From Phoronis australis (Eukaryota > Animalia > Phoronida): 64,000 nucleotides of DNA. The notes under the pieces are model-generated. The model was not told the DNA's origin. It saw only the letters and a program-made list of their open reading frames with translations, and ran no database searches. Shown here piece by piece: positions 54,601 to 62,839 of the stretch. Each line of letters opens with the position of its first letter. Positions within the stretch are counted from its first letter, which is position 1. A program made the position numbers and the translations under genes. The DNA is taken from assembly GCA_002633005.1 (NCBI GenBank), contig NMRA01000087.1, positions 62,001 through 126,000 on the forward strand, read 5' to 3'.

Positions 54601-56753
54601 CCACAGGAAAAATCAAGAAAATAAAATTTCTTTTCTCCGCCATATCGTGTCCTAGTTGTTGAGATTTTGCGGCAGATCTAATTTTATGTGTTAATTTCAT
54701 CATCATATTTTAACAGCTGGCTAATACTACAGATTTCATGTTTAATTTTTCAGCGGTTAGAATTACCAACTGTTGAATCGCAAACCCAAAGTGAATCTAT
54801 TTTCAACTGAACACAAACTACTGGCAAAAACGTAGAGCATATTTTGACTTTGACGGCTTTCCCAACAAAATTAACGACAGATAAAAATTTCACTACATAA
54901 AATTGAATCACACGAAATGCACACAGGAGCCATTTAACATAAACAAATGAAATTAGGACAGTTCCTATCCCCTGAACAAGAGGCATAACGAAAAACCCAG
55001 CTATTACGTTTCCCTCATAATCACCATACACAGGCTTTCGTCCAGGAACCCACGCATCTTGCATGAGGCCCTTCTTGGCACACTCACTGGTTAGCCACAT
55101 AACAAGACACAAAGAAAACAATGACCCAATGAAACAACATCAGATCCTTTGGCCAACCAAAGTACACCTGACTTGCATGCACTTTTCATTCATACCAATT
55201 ACCATGTGTGTTCCAAAGTCATGCCTCGGGCATTGAACAACCAGAACGGTAATTCAACCAAAGGGACAGGCTAAAACTTTTGCTATTCTCTCAGATGGTA
55301 CCACTGATATGAAAAACTGCTACTGTTTTTATGCGCAGACTTTTCTATTGATAAATGAGATTCTGGAATAAAAAATGTACAGATTCTCTGAACCTTAAAC
55401 CTTTGCCTGAAAAAGAAACATTTGCATACAGAAGTATCAGAAGTTTATTTAGTTACTTTGAATTTCCACTCACCACATTGCAACAAGTAAAAACTTTCAC
55501 ACCTTTCAGACAATACATATCCATCGTGGTACATGAAATGGTGAAGTCAATTTGCTTGAAAAGTCATTTTTAATTTTTGAAAAGCTTCTAACAATGCCAT
55601 CAATTTTTCAAATGAACACCAGATGGCAGTTAGCCTATGGTAAAAACTAGAACTTGATAAAAGATTACTTTGGTGCTACATATCGTTTCAATTCTACCTG
55701 TTTTAACTCGTTGCTGCATCGAGATTTAATTGTTGTGGAGAACACTGCGTTTACAAAAAATGTCACATCGTAAATATCACTACGAACTCATCTGCCATAC
55801 TGTATCTCAAATTGCTGAGATTTAACGGTGTACTTTTAACGCTAATCCAACGTTTTAATTCCAACTTACATGTCATATTGCTTGTTGTCCATAACACACC
55901 TATCGTCCATCACTTGCTGCCAACTTTTGCCGTGTTTACATGTTGTAATGAGCACTATATCCTCGTTATTGTGAACATGATACAGCGCGTTTCTTGTCTC
56001 TGAACCGATTCCTGTGAGATAACGCTTTCCCTTAAATGCTAGGGTGTATTTCGGTTTTGCTGGTATGACATCCGTGGACATGCGACCAGGCTCTCCGCCT
56101 TTGGCTGGGTGAGATTTCGAAAACAATGGCAAGGAGATGTCGAAGTTATGCCTGAATTTTGTTATGGACATACTCGCTTTAGCCAGCATAGCATACCCAA
56201 TGTCAAAATCCAGTTCTTCTACATAGTCCGGCCATGTACCAGAATACAAACTAAAAATGACATGATTTTTCCCATTATTCCAGCTGGGCAGAGAACTAAT
56301 TTTTTCGGGTAAATTTTTAATACATTCTTTGCTTAGTACATCCCGGTCGAGAGTATCCAAGGAAAGCACAAATAAACAGGCTTCGTCCGGATTCGCCGTG
56401 TAGTACACTGATTCGCGAATCGACGAGAGGATTTTTGAGTAGGTGGCCGATATTTTGTCCTGAACCGGATAGACGAAAACTTTGAATCCGTCCTTACATT
56501 TTGAGTAATCAAAGCAGTTTTCCATCTTACACTTTGATGTGTCGAATTTATACGAAGATAACTCTCTCCTCTGCCTGGGAGAGAAGTGTTTATCAACATC
56601 TTGGAACAGCGACGCCGCGTCGAAGAAAGACTTAGGTTCAGGGGAATTCTCCTCTGGAGTTCGATTTCCATCTCGACTTGACTTGGTGAAGAAGCAAAGC
56701 AGTAACAAAATACTACATGCCGACAGCAAAAGGTACCGCTTTTTGGCCTGCAT
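5450..56753 (-). CDS. EXT1: Exostosin-1 (EXT1/tout-velu orthologue), heparan sulfate polymerase subunit; spliced CDS of 9 exons, 723 aa
   Basis: Exon lengths 884+75+127+120+252+99+90+161+364 = 2172 nt. All introns are GT..AG with compatible phases and there is no internal stop. EXT1-type N-terminus MQAKKRY plus signal anchor, GT47 motifs ([35 protein letters not shown]) and GT64 motifs ([21 protein letters not shown]). Confidence 0.97.
6741..6901 (-). CDS. EXT1: EXT1 coding exon 8 (161 nt)
   Basis: atattgcag|ATC AAT TTT ... CAC AG|gtaaac encodes [53 protein letters not shown](R). Not in the ORF track. Confidence 0.97.
6977..7126. mobile_element. 150-bp MITE, PIF/Harbinger-like, flanked by a CAG target-site duplication
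   Basis: Terminal inverted repeats GACTGAGTTGCATAAA / (rc) GGCCCAGTTGCATAAA, with CAG at 6974..6976 and 7127..7129. Confidence 0.65.
7461..7624. mobile_element. Partial inverted copy of the 31857..32261 Harbinger-like MITE
   Basis: Its reverse complement (GACTGACACGGAGCAAGTTGACAC...GAGGTGGAGCAAGTTACAC...GTCTAAACACAAACTGGGGCAGGGAGGAAAGG) aligns by eye with ~31900..32045. Confidence 0.7.
7671..7779. mobile_element. 110-bp hairpin MITE, diverged copy
   Basis: ATTTTGATAACCAGTTTGATGCCTCATATCAGTGGAATAAACAAGTTCTCA core; ends ATATTACC. Confidence 0.55.
9104..9193 (-). CDS. EXT1: EXT1 coding exon 7 (90 nt), contains the GT64 DxD motif (DED)
   Basis: tttcttttccag|ACA ATC ... GAC GAG|gtttgt encodes [30 protein letters not shown]. 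Confidence 0.95.
10184..10282 (-). CDS. EXT1: EXT1 coding exon 6 (99 nt)
   Basis: ttcctgttacag|ATA TTA ATC ATT TGG ... TCT ATG|gtaagt encodes [33 protein letters not shown]. Not in the ORF track. Confidence 0.93.
10545..10805 (+). repeat. Unclassified interspersed repeat; second copy at ~21640..21890
   Basis: Collinear shared blocks AAATGTT.AA..TGAAATC, GCAAA..TGGAACAT.TTA.AAA, AGAACAG.G and GATCAGCCATTTCTGA. Confidence 0.6.
11348..11650. repeat. Minisatellite, 19-20-bp unit CAAACT(T/G)GT(T/C)CCTATTTTT(T/C), about 15 copies, EXT1 intron 5
   Basis: Directly visible tandem array; it explains the low-complexity ORFs at 11325..11804. Confidence 0.95.
12170..12421 (-). CDS. EXT1: EXT1 coding exon 5 (252 nt): GT47-GT64 linker and start of GT64
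   Basis: tttgtgcag|ATC ATC AAG ... GAT AGG|gtgaga encodes [24 protein letters not shown]...DYPFYY...RFTAVIY...[11 protein letters not shown]. Confidence 0.94.
12691..12810 (-). CDS. EXT1: EXT1 coding exon 4 (120 nt)
   Basis: tttgcttttcag|GTC CCT ... TTA GAG|gtgaga encodes [40 protein letters not shown]. Confidence 0.96.
12842..13107. repeat. Minisatellite, 18-bp unit GTAAACCACTATACACTT, about 15 near-identical copies, EXT1 intron 3
   Basis: Directly visible, with one C>T variant and two 17-bp units. It explains the (VYSGLQ)n and (YKCIVV)n ORFs. Confidence 0.97.
15005..15131 (-). CDS. EXT1: EXT1 coding exon 3 (127 nt)
   Basis: ctattgcag|G TTC TTG GAG ... TTA CAG|gtatag encodes [42 protein letters not shown]. 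Confidence 0.95.
16195..16443. mobile_element. ~250-bp TA-flanked TIR element (Tc1/mariner-like MITE); homologous copies at ~23524..23758, 39868..40116, 42366..42614 and 54425..54672
   Basis: Shared termini approximately CGGTAAAATCTCACCAATTT(C)GGACA ... TGTCC(T)AATTGGTGAGATTTT, with collinear internal similarity. TA on both sides of the 16195 and 39868 copies. Confidence 0.65.
16483..16557 (-). CDS. EXT1: EXT1 coding exon 2 (75 nt)
   Basis: ttctgttgcag|G TTT GAC TAT ... TCA TTT AG|gtatgt encodes (M)[24 protein letters not shown](R). Not in the ORF track. Confidence 0.96.
17971..18158. repeat. Tandem repeat, 47-48-bp unit, about 4 copies
   Basis: GAAATGTTCACACTCAATGATCAATTTCTTGCACCATTAATGTGAAA; the two central copies are identical and the outer copies diverged. 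Confidence 0.9.
18408..18483. repeat. 38-bp tandem duplication
   Basis: TTTATGCACACAAACCCAGCACAGTAAACCCA(T/C)CAGTG x2. Confidence 0.9.
24315..24658. mobile_element. 344-bp TTAA-flanked MITE, Kolobok-like
   Basis: ~50-bp TIRs (GCATT..CGTGCTTTCTGTC(A/T)AAAA(G/A)CAAGTTTTGATTTTG) with TTAA at 24311..24314 and 24659..24662 and purine-start termini. Confidence 0.65.
27485..27594. mobile_element. 110-bp hairpin MITE (Merlin-like termini), best-preserved copy of a five-member family
   Basis: ~44-nt inverted arms around a ~22-nt loop. Termini GGTAAT / ATTGCC. 8-bp flanks CAAAAATT / CGAAAATT. Confidence 0.7.
31857..32261. mobile_element. ~405-bp Harbinger-like MITE
   Basis: TIRs GTGCCGTTTACAC / (rc) GTCCCGTTTAGAC, with internal inverted subrepeats (CTGACACGGAGCAAATTGAC). 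TTA on the left, TTT on the right. Confidence 0.65.
33711..33820. mobile_element. 110-bp hairpin MITE copy
   Basis: GCATATTGAGAACCAATTGATGC...GAAAACTGGTTCTTAAAATGCGGGCA core with extended inverted arms. Confidence 0.65.
33882..34350. mobile_element. More diverged relative of the same Harbinger-like MITE family, with an internal ~65-bp duplication
   Basis: Shares the blocks GAGGTAGGGTAACTTGCCCC and AAACCTGAGGCAAGGCGGAAG with ~31964..32045. CGCTCCACTTAA...AAGTTGCACTA...TGTTCTAGGGTAG occurs twice at ~34210..34330. Confidence 0.45.
36585..36664. repeat. Compound (TG/CG/CA)n microsatellite, 80 bp of alternating pyrimidine-purine
   Basis: Directly visible. Confidence 0.95.
43660..43966. repeat. 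307-bp near-perfect palindrome (foldback/MITE-like element)
   Basis: CGCCCCCTTGCG...GGGTAAAATGGCAGCTTGGAAA..AAGGTGTGTCAAGAAT..TGATTGGTCA..TCACTCAAAATC..GGCGAT is mirrored about ~43815 with almost no loop. Confidence 0.9.
48205..48898. mobile_element. Helentron-associated (HINE/DINE-1-like) non-autonomous rolling-circle element
   Basis: One end AACTAG. The other end has a CAGACAGAC microsatellite-like stretch, a perfect hairpin CCACATAT-GT-ATATGTGG and an A-rich terminus. No long TIRs. Confidence 0.45.
49656..49765. repeat. 55-bp tandem duplication containing the palindrome GTCTTAATTAAGAC
   Basis: TTGAAATAAAACCACAGAAATGCTGTT(T/G)GTCTTAATTAAGAC..ACAAATTTCA x2. Confidence 0.9.
50104..50208. 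mobile_element. 110-bp hairpin MITE copy (opposite orientation to the 27485 copy)
   Basis: GGCAATAGTCGGAT..GTATTTTGAGAACCAGTTTGATCCCTGTTATTCAGTGG..CTGGTTCTCAAAATTCGGGCATATTATATCCGTCCATTAACC. Confidence 0.7.
51498..51690 (+). mobile_element. Interspersed repeat with hAT-like terminus (consensus ~CAGGGCCCTCGATGCCTCGATTTT); other copies at ~45590..45760 (-), 46863..47010 (+) and 63775..63960 (+)
   Basis: Four segments share the terminal motif and downstream blocks (AAAATATTT.AAAATC, AAAAATTCCC, GATTGAAAA). Superfamily assigned from the terminus only. Confidence 0.5.
53595..53708. mobile_element. 114-bp small TIR element
   Basis: ACTGTTCACACT ... AATGTGAACAGT terminal inverted repeat, with further TACCCT/AGGGTA pairing. 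Confidence 0.45.
55870..56753 (-). CDS. EXT1: EXT1 coding exon 1 (884 nt): type II membrane anchor, stem and most of the GT47 exostosin domain
   Basis: [25 protein letters not shown]...DTLDRD...[20 protein letters not shown]...[23 protein letters not shown]...TTCKHGK. It ends GAC AT|GTAAGT (phase-2 donor), so the stop in the ORF track is intronic. Confidence 0.97.
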
Positions 56754-57200
56754 CGAACCTGAGGGTCTTCATCGACAGTTCGACATAGGCGAGATGACCA
56801 AAACTAAAAAGAAAGTAGAAAAATAGAAGAAATTCCAGGAACTATCTCACCCGACATCCAACCCTCCCGTCATGTTTGAAGCAAGTCTAGGCTACAGTCT
56901 GTGCTTTGTCACGTGGTCTGAAGATATTGCCTGTTTCGCGATATCTTTGTCCATTTTTTGAGAAAAGACCCATTAAATACAACCAATATCTCAGTATGAA
57001 ACTAAAATATAAGAAAAATGTGAGTTTATTGTATGTTTTTGTACATTTCATGATTGTTTTATAGGATTTACTGTTATATAAGTAACGCAAAACTGAACAC
57101 GATGACGTCAACAGGTCTCACTGAATGAACTTTGACATGATTGTGTCGAGGAATTTCCTTTGAGTAGTTTAGTCGGATATGACTCGGGGAGCCTCACGGC
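56754..57200 (-). promoter_or_regulatory. Putative EXT1 leader/proximal promoter with E-box GTCACGTGG (56908..56916) and palindromic CRE TGACGTCA (57103..57110)
   Basis: Motifs read directly from the sequence; CpG is locally more frequent than in the intron. The transcription start site cannot be determined. Confidence 0.4.
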
Positions 57201-58487
57201 TTGACCGGGACATTTTTGTCAACCTGATGAAACGAGGAACCAATAATGGTTACTAGATTGAAACCAGGAATTTCAAGGTGTTTCTTACACAACAAAAGTT
57301 TCAAAACAAAACAATACATCAATTCCTTGTCCAAACCTTTTTTGTAATGGGATCACAAAGTATAGCGGCTGTTCACTGAAACCTGTGACTCCTCATTCAC
57401 CGAAATAATAATTCCGCGATCATGAATAAAAAATGATGAAGTTACCAGACGCTGGAAATTAGAAACAAAACAACTGTGACACACGTTCCATCGACCAAGG
57501 CGTGTTATATGTTAAAGAAATGGGTTTGTCATATTGGCTAGCCGTTTTAGAACAGTATTTGGCTACCCTGGAGTGTAAAGTCGACAGTTTCCACGGGAAA
57601 AGGTAAAACCAAGAGGAAAAATTTTAACAATATCTTATAAAATTCAAACTTATTAGGAATTCACATAACCGTATCTCAATCCAAACTATCTAGCATTGTC
57701 ATCTGCTTATAATTGTGTTTCTTCTTATTTATATTTTCAAGTGAAAAAAAAAAATTTTTTCTTTCATTAACGATATACTAGTGACAACGAGAACAGATGT
57801 GTCTTCTGAGGGTTGAAACTTGTGGGGATCGAAAAAACAGGGACAATGGTAACTACTGAAAGCATTCAAAGCAATGAAGTGATATTTCCGAACTGCATCC
57901 TAGAAGGTTGTTTGCGACATCTGGCGATTAGTCATAAAACTAAATGTCAAGCTTCCAGCTCTTGCTCGTGTAAGAAAGAAGGCCAACTCACAACAACTTT
58001 ATGTTGTCACAGATGTCCAAAACGCCATGTGCTTGACAAGTGAATATGAAATTTATGAAAACCGAGAAAAAGAAAAATTACATTTTCGAACAGGTTTTTG
58101 GTTCTAAATTCTAAATTGCAAAGTGACAATTTTTAAGAGAAAACTTAGTACTTTATTTTTCATAGAGCAGTTAATGAAACATCGTTACTTTTCAAAAAGC
58201 TATAGCAGTGTTTCATGTGAATCAAATCTAATTGGAAATTTAATAATATCGAAATTAAATAGAGGTTCACTCTACACAGTTTTAGCATATTCATGACACT
58301 ATGCGCACTAATAAAGACGGAGCTACAATCGGTTGTCGAAAATTTATGATGTGATTTTGAATTTGGGGGCCGCCATACACTTACCACAGACGTGGAACCT
58401 CAACCGCTAGAACCCTCAGTAATGTAGGAATGTAGGATATCATGAGGGTGCTGGCAACATTTTGTGATATCTGTACCCCCTCCCCCT

Positions 58488-58512
58488 NNNNNNNNNNNNN
58501 NNNNNNNNNNNN
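58488..58512. other. Assembly gap (25 N) in a C-rich tract; a further single N at 59663 in a poly-G run
   Basis: N characters in the sequence, flanked by homopolymers. Confidence 0.99.
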
Positions 58513-61500
58513 CCCCCCCCTCTCGCCCCAACACTCGCCCACACACAGGAGTAAGTACACGCACACAAACTAGCAGCAAAAATAACTGCCAAAGTTTATT
58601 TCAATATCCCCACGTTTCAAGCGATGCGCTCTTTGTCAAGGGTGTGAGCGCATCGCTCGAAAAGTGGGGGATATTTTAATATATTTTAGTACCGACGCTC
58701 GTCGTTTTAGTTTTACTAGTTTTACTATTTTATAGTTTTATCCGTTGGTAACTGCACGGCATTCCAGCATCTATTTGATTTCAAAGTTTATTTCCGTTGT
58801 CTGAGGCCAAGACAGAAGGTGTGGGTCCCTTAACGCGTAAACACAATTGAAACAAACCGAGGGCAGCTCCTAAAACAGTTTGGCCTTCAAATAGAACGTA
58901 TTTATTGAAGAGAGTATTATGTTTTTGCCTTTAAAAAATTACGAAAGAAGGAAATCTCATTGTGCTGGTTGGACCAGCTTGACATCGTATGTGTCAATCA
59001 CATTTTAACCACACATATTAGAGCTCTGTTTTATTCTAAACCTTATTGGTATTTCACTTCTGGAATATTTGAGATGTCCTCTGGGGTTTACTTGCCACGT
59101 CAGCAATTTCAAAAACAATGAAGCATGACGCCGGTTACGCGTTGTACAATCTTTAAAGGTGCTCCAGTAAGTTATTATGGTATTTTTCGTCTTTCAAAAG
59201 CTATATAAACAGTTTCTTGTATCATTTTATCGAAATTCTTAATGCAAATAAGATGAAACAGATTACCAAAATACCATCGTCTGGCAATACATGGTGATAA
59301 GTAAAAACATACATCGACGAAGACATCGATTGTCATGGCGTGGTGAAAGACATCTATCAGGGACCAAATCAATTGAATAGAAATTGATACAATGAATGAG
59401 TAGGAATGTTTTTGTATTCGATGTAAATTCCGATTATTTATCAAGTCACGATTTAGGACAGACACTCTTTTTAACTAACCATCCGCACAGAATAATAATA
59501 ATTGTCGTTGTTGTTCAAAATACGCTTGACACCAGTGGTTATGCCTCGAAAGTCCAAATGTATTCCAGGGATTCTTGAAGCCGTATGTAACACCGGAATT
59601 CATTTATTAATGGCCTGTTTAAAACCAGTAGCGGATCTAGGATACCATAAGGGGGGGGGGGGNGGGGGGGGGGGGCGACACTTTGTCTCGGACAATCGCG
59701 TAAAGCATGACTGCATGCGCGCACCCAGCCTGAAATGAAGGAGGGCTTGAACTTCTGAGAATGTGGACCTCCTTGCTGCAATGCAAACGCATGACTAAAA
59801 AAAGGGGGAGACGCTTCCTACACCTTGTTTCGGCCGCTTCGTCATTTCCAGAGTTGATTAGTAAACTCAACTCAATATTTCCTCACGCTCTTGCTGTCTT
59901 CCTGTTTTATTTTTGGCAGCAGTCAAGGGGGAGAATTAAATCCTATCACGATAAAAAATATTACGATACTGATTTCACAGCAGTAAAAGGACCAATTTGA
60001 TTTCCGTTTTTTTTGCCAAGTGAACAAGGCAAAATTTTAAATATATCAAATGTAATTTTTTTCTTGAAAGTTTTCACCAATTTTGACAGTGAGAGGCGGT
60101 AATGTTGCTGTCACTCAGGGTGTTTTAAAATAAAAATGTTTTTCAGTTGAAACGCCCGAAGGTGAGTAACACCACTGTTAACACGCTTGAGCGTCACAAC
60201 AGTTATCTTCTTGAAAAAATTAGACGGTGAATTATTTAGGAGAGACTTGTGTAATTCCCCGTCTACTTCCCTTGCTTTGCTGGGTTGACAGCCACTTGCT
60301 TGCAGCAAGAGCGTAAAATTTTGACCCCGTGAAAAAGTTACTCTAAGGGTAATTTTTCAAAACTGATAAATGACCGCGGGTCGTTATTAAGGTTGAAAAG
60401 TGGTCACGTGTCATTTTTAACGTTAAGGACTTAGCTGGATGACAACTCCCTACTGTCTTTGGGAGTTCGAAAACTAAATCGCGAAATCCGCCTTCCGACA
60501 CAGAAACAATTTTTGATTTAAACTATTGGCCCTAATAAAATTTGTCCCATATTTTTAAGTTCGTTTTTGCTTGAGCGCTGATTCTATGAGCTCCATCCGA
60601 GTAAAGAATAATTTGAGATATTTTTGCAGTGATAAAGACTAGTCTGATTCCAAAAGTTTGCTTCTTGGACGAAACGTGGGTTTATAGTGGCGCTTTAAAA
60701 TTAAAACGTATTGTTAAGTTTAACCACGTGTTCGAATGATGTATAGTCACAGAAGCAGGAATTAAGTTTTAAAGTTAGAAAAAAATTTTAGGGTGTGAGT
60801 TTATGTATTTGGTAACACCTAAAATCTGAAGTTTGTCGTACTAGAAAAGAGCAACAGTACAGTTATCGTATAATTCAGCGCACAAAGGCAATATCAAGCA
60901 ACAATTGTGGAAACTCCTTCTTGCAGTAATCACGCATTCGCATTTTTTGTTTCACAAGTATTGTTCTGATTAAACAAATAACTTAGAACAATCCCGGCTT
61001 TAGGCAGCCATTTATTTGTAATACTTGACTTGGTTCTATGCGGGCGCTTGCTCCTTTAGGACAAGAGTATTGTTGCAGGAAAACGTCTTTAACCAAGTCA
61101 CTACAACACAAGTTTTGAGTTGTATCGCCATTTCTTGCTATTCATACATATCATTAGTTTATACTATTTAAGTGGAACAAAAGTATAAAAAATAAACTGA
61201 AATGTGATTTCGCACCCTGGACACTATAGGTAGAAATTGGAGGCGATGGTTGTTAACTAAAGCATCTTACGAAGACCAAGTAGCAGCATACTCTGTGATA
61301 TGACTATAAATTAATATGTTACTGCGTAGCCTACTCGTTGATTTCTTTTTATTGTCTAGTAGTCCTTCTCATACACAAGGCGGCGAATGTGCACCCTACC
61401 GGCGGTGATGTGAATCTGTGTAGGCTGTCATTCAAGTTTCTGAACACTTTTGACCGAAATTGATCACGCTTAAAAGAATACTAAAGCCTGTTTTCATGAT

Positions 61501-61959
61501 TTCAAGGAGAATCGTCGTTCTGTCACCTGATAATGCAATGATTGGCTTAAGTCTCCCAATTCAAAGGCAGGAAAAAGGGCTGAGGATTTTGAGTAAGGCC
61601 GGGGGTGGGGATGGCCCCTCTAAGTCCGTCACTGGGTATCACCTCAGTAAAAACTCATACTCCCTATGTCACAGATTGCCGGACACTATGGTCTTTGTCA
61701 TGTCTTTCGCTGAAAGCGTAGGTCACACTTGCCGGTTAGAAGACTTTAAAAATAATTTTCAAATTTTCCTCCAAACTTTTGAGGGTTACGGAGTGTTACA
61801 GAGTGCCTGGGAATGAAGTACTGAATAGTTTTTAATATCTGTTACGGGCCAAAACCGTGTTTGGTATCCTTTTAATTTAGGACTGATACTTCTGAATCTT
61901 CTCACTATGGTACTGCATTTAACAAGACGCTAGACCATTTTCCAAACTGATGGCAATAT

Positions 61960-62491
61960 TTCAACTTTTTGAGAAGATTTTCCGTTTTCGCAGGGCGTGC
62001 GTTCTGTACTTCTAGTACGCGAGAATATCGCAAAAACGCAAGATCACGCAAATGATAATCGCTAGCAAAACAAAGGATCACGCTAGCTTCCTTCACGAGA
62101 TTCTTGGGTCTACGTGGGCAGTGCCCAGCTGTTTCTGCACCTGCCCACAGCCTACGAGTTGTGAACACCTGACGTCGTCGTCGTCGTTACCGTTATTTAG
62201 GATTTCACCCAATGAGCTATGTACATAGTTATTTTTTGTCATCTCACTGATTTCACCTGCCGCCCCGACATCTATTGGTTTTATTAAGAGTCGCAGAATG
62301 ACGCCTAATCGCACTACCCAATCACATTTGTTATAACTGCAAGAGTATTCTTCGCGCAAGCGCATTAGAGGTGTTTTCAATGGTCAGCTGCATAGACTAT
62401 GTTTGGTTGACAAAACTGTCGTATTTTTCCATTTAATTAGTACATCACGGCTCATTTTTACTCAGGATTGAAGGAGGGTTTATCAGGCCTG
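61960..62491 (+). promoter_or_regulatory. Putative WIPI2 promoter/5' UTR region
   Basis: CpG-rich stretch immediately upstream of the WIPI2 ATG. Possible 5'-UTR splice acceptor atttttactcag| at 62465. Confidence 0.4.
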
Positions 62492-62562
62492 ATGAACCTT
62501 GCAAGCCAAGCTGGGGACCCAAGCTCCAGTTTGCTTTTCGTCAATTTCAATCAAGATTGCAC
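62492..62562 (+). CDS. WIPI2: WIPI2 (Atg18 family PROPPIN, WD-repeat phosphoinositide-interacting protein) first coding exon
   Basis: ATG AAC CTT GCA AGC CAA ... GAT TGC AC|gtaagt encodes MNLASQAGDPSSSLLFVNFNQDC(T), matching the vertebrate WIPI2 N-terminus as I recall it ([25 protein letters not shown]). Perfect phase-2 donor. Confidence 0.93.
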
Positions 62563-62744
62563 GTAAGTAGGACATGTCAATTTTGCAAGAGATTGCAGAA
62601 TTCAGATTCACAGTTATTAGCCTGAGACTGATATCTGCTTTTGCCGATGTCATGCTGATACCCTCGTGTAAAGCTCACGAACAGTTACTCACAAGCTTTG
62701 GGATTACTGAGTCAGGTTCTTAAGTTATCGTTTCTTCGTTGTAG

Positions 62745-62839
62745 GTCCATAGCTATTGGAACGAAGGTTGGGTTTAAGTTATTGTCTCTGGGTTCCGTGG
62801 ACAAGTTAGAACAAATCTATGAGTCAGGTGCTGGGTCAG
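62745..62839 (+). CDS. WIPI2: WIPI2 second coding exon (ends at 62827 or 62839); gene continues beyond the window
   Basis: tttcttcgttgtag|G TCC ATA GCT ATT GGA ... encodes [27 protein letters not shown](GAGS), matching WIPI2 [26 protein letters not shown]. In frame with exon 1. No next exon (expected ..EDVCIVERLFSSSL) was seen before 64000. Confidence 0.92.

Larger units (their letters stand above)
16558..55869 (-). other. EXT1: EXT1 intron following coding exon 1 (39,312 nt), repeat-rich
   Basis: Bounded by a GTAAGT donor at 55869 and a TGCAG acceptor at 16558. The flanking exons join in frame with no EXT1 residues apparently missing. Confidence 0.93.

Noticed and set aside
54750-55121. 123-aa hydrophobic ORF as a nested membrane-protein gene
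   Set aside because: Non-ATG start, no recognisable family, and the hydrophobicity is explained by the T-rich strand.
58476-59675. Poly-C and poly-G tracts as G-quadruplex regulatory elements
   Set aside because: They contain Ns, so true length and sequence are unknown. The second follows a CAGTAGCGGATCTAG transposon-like terminus.
61905-62380. Minus-strand ORFs upstream of WIPI2
   Set aside because: No homology recognised; consistent with chance ORFs in a CpG-rich promoter region.
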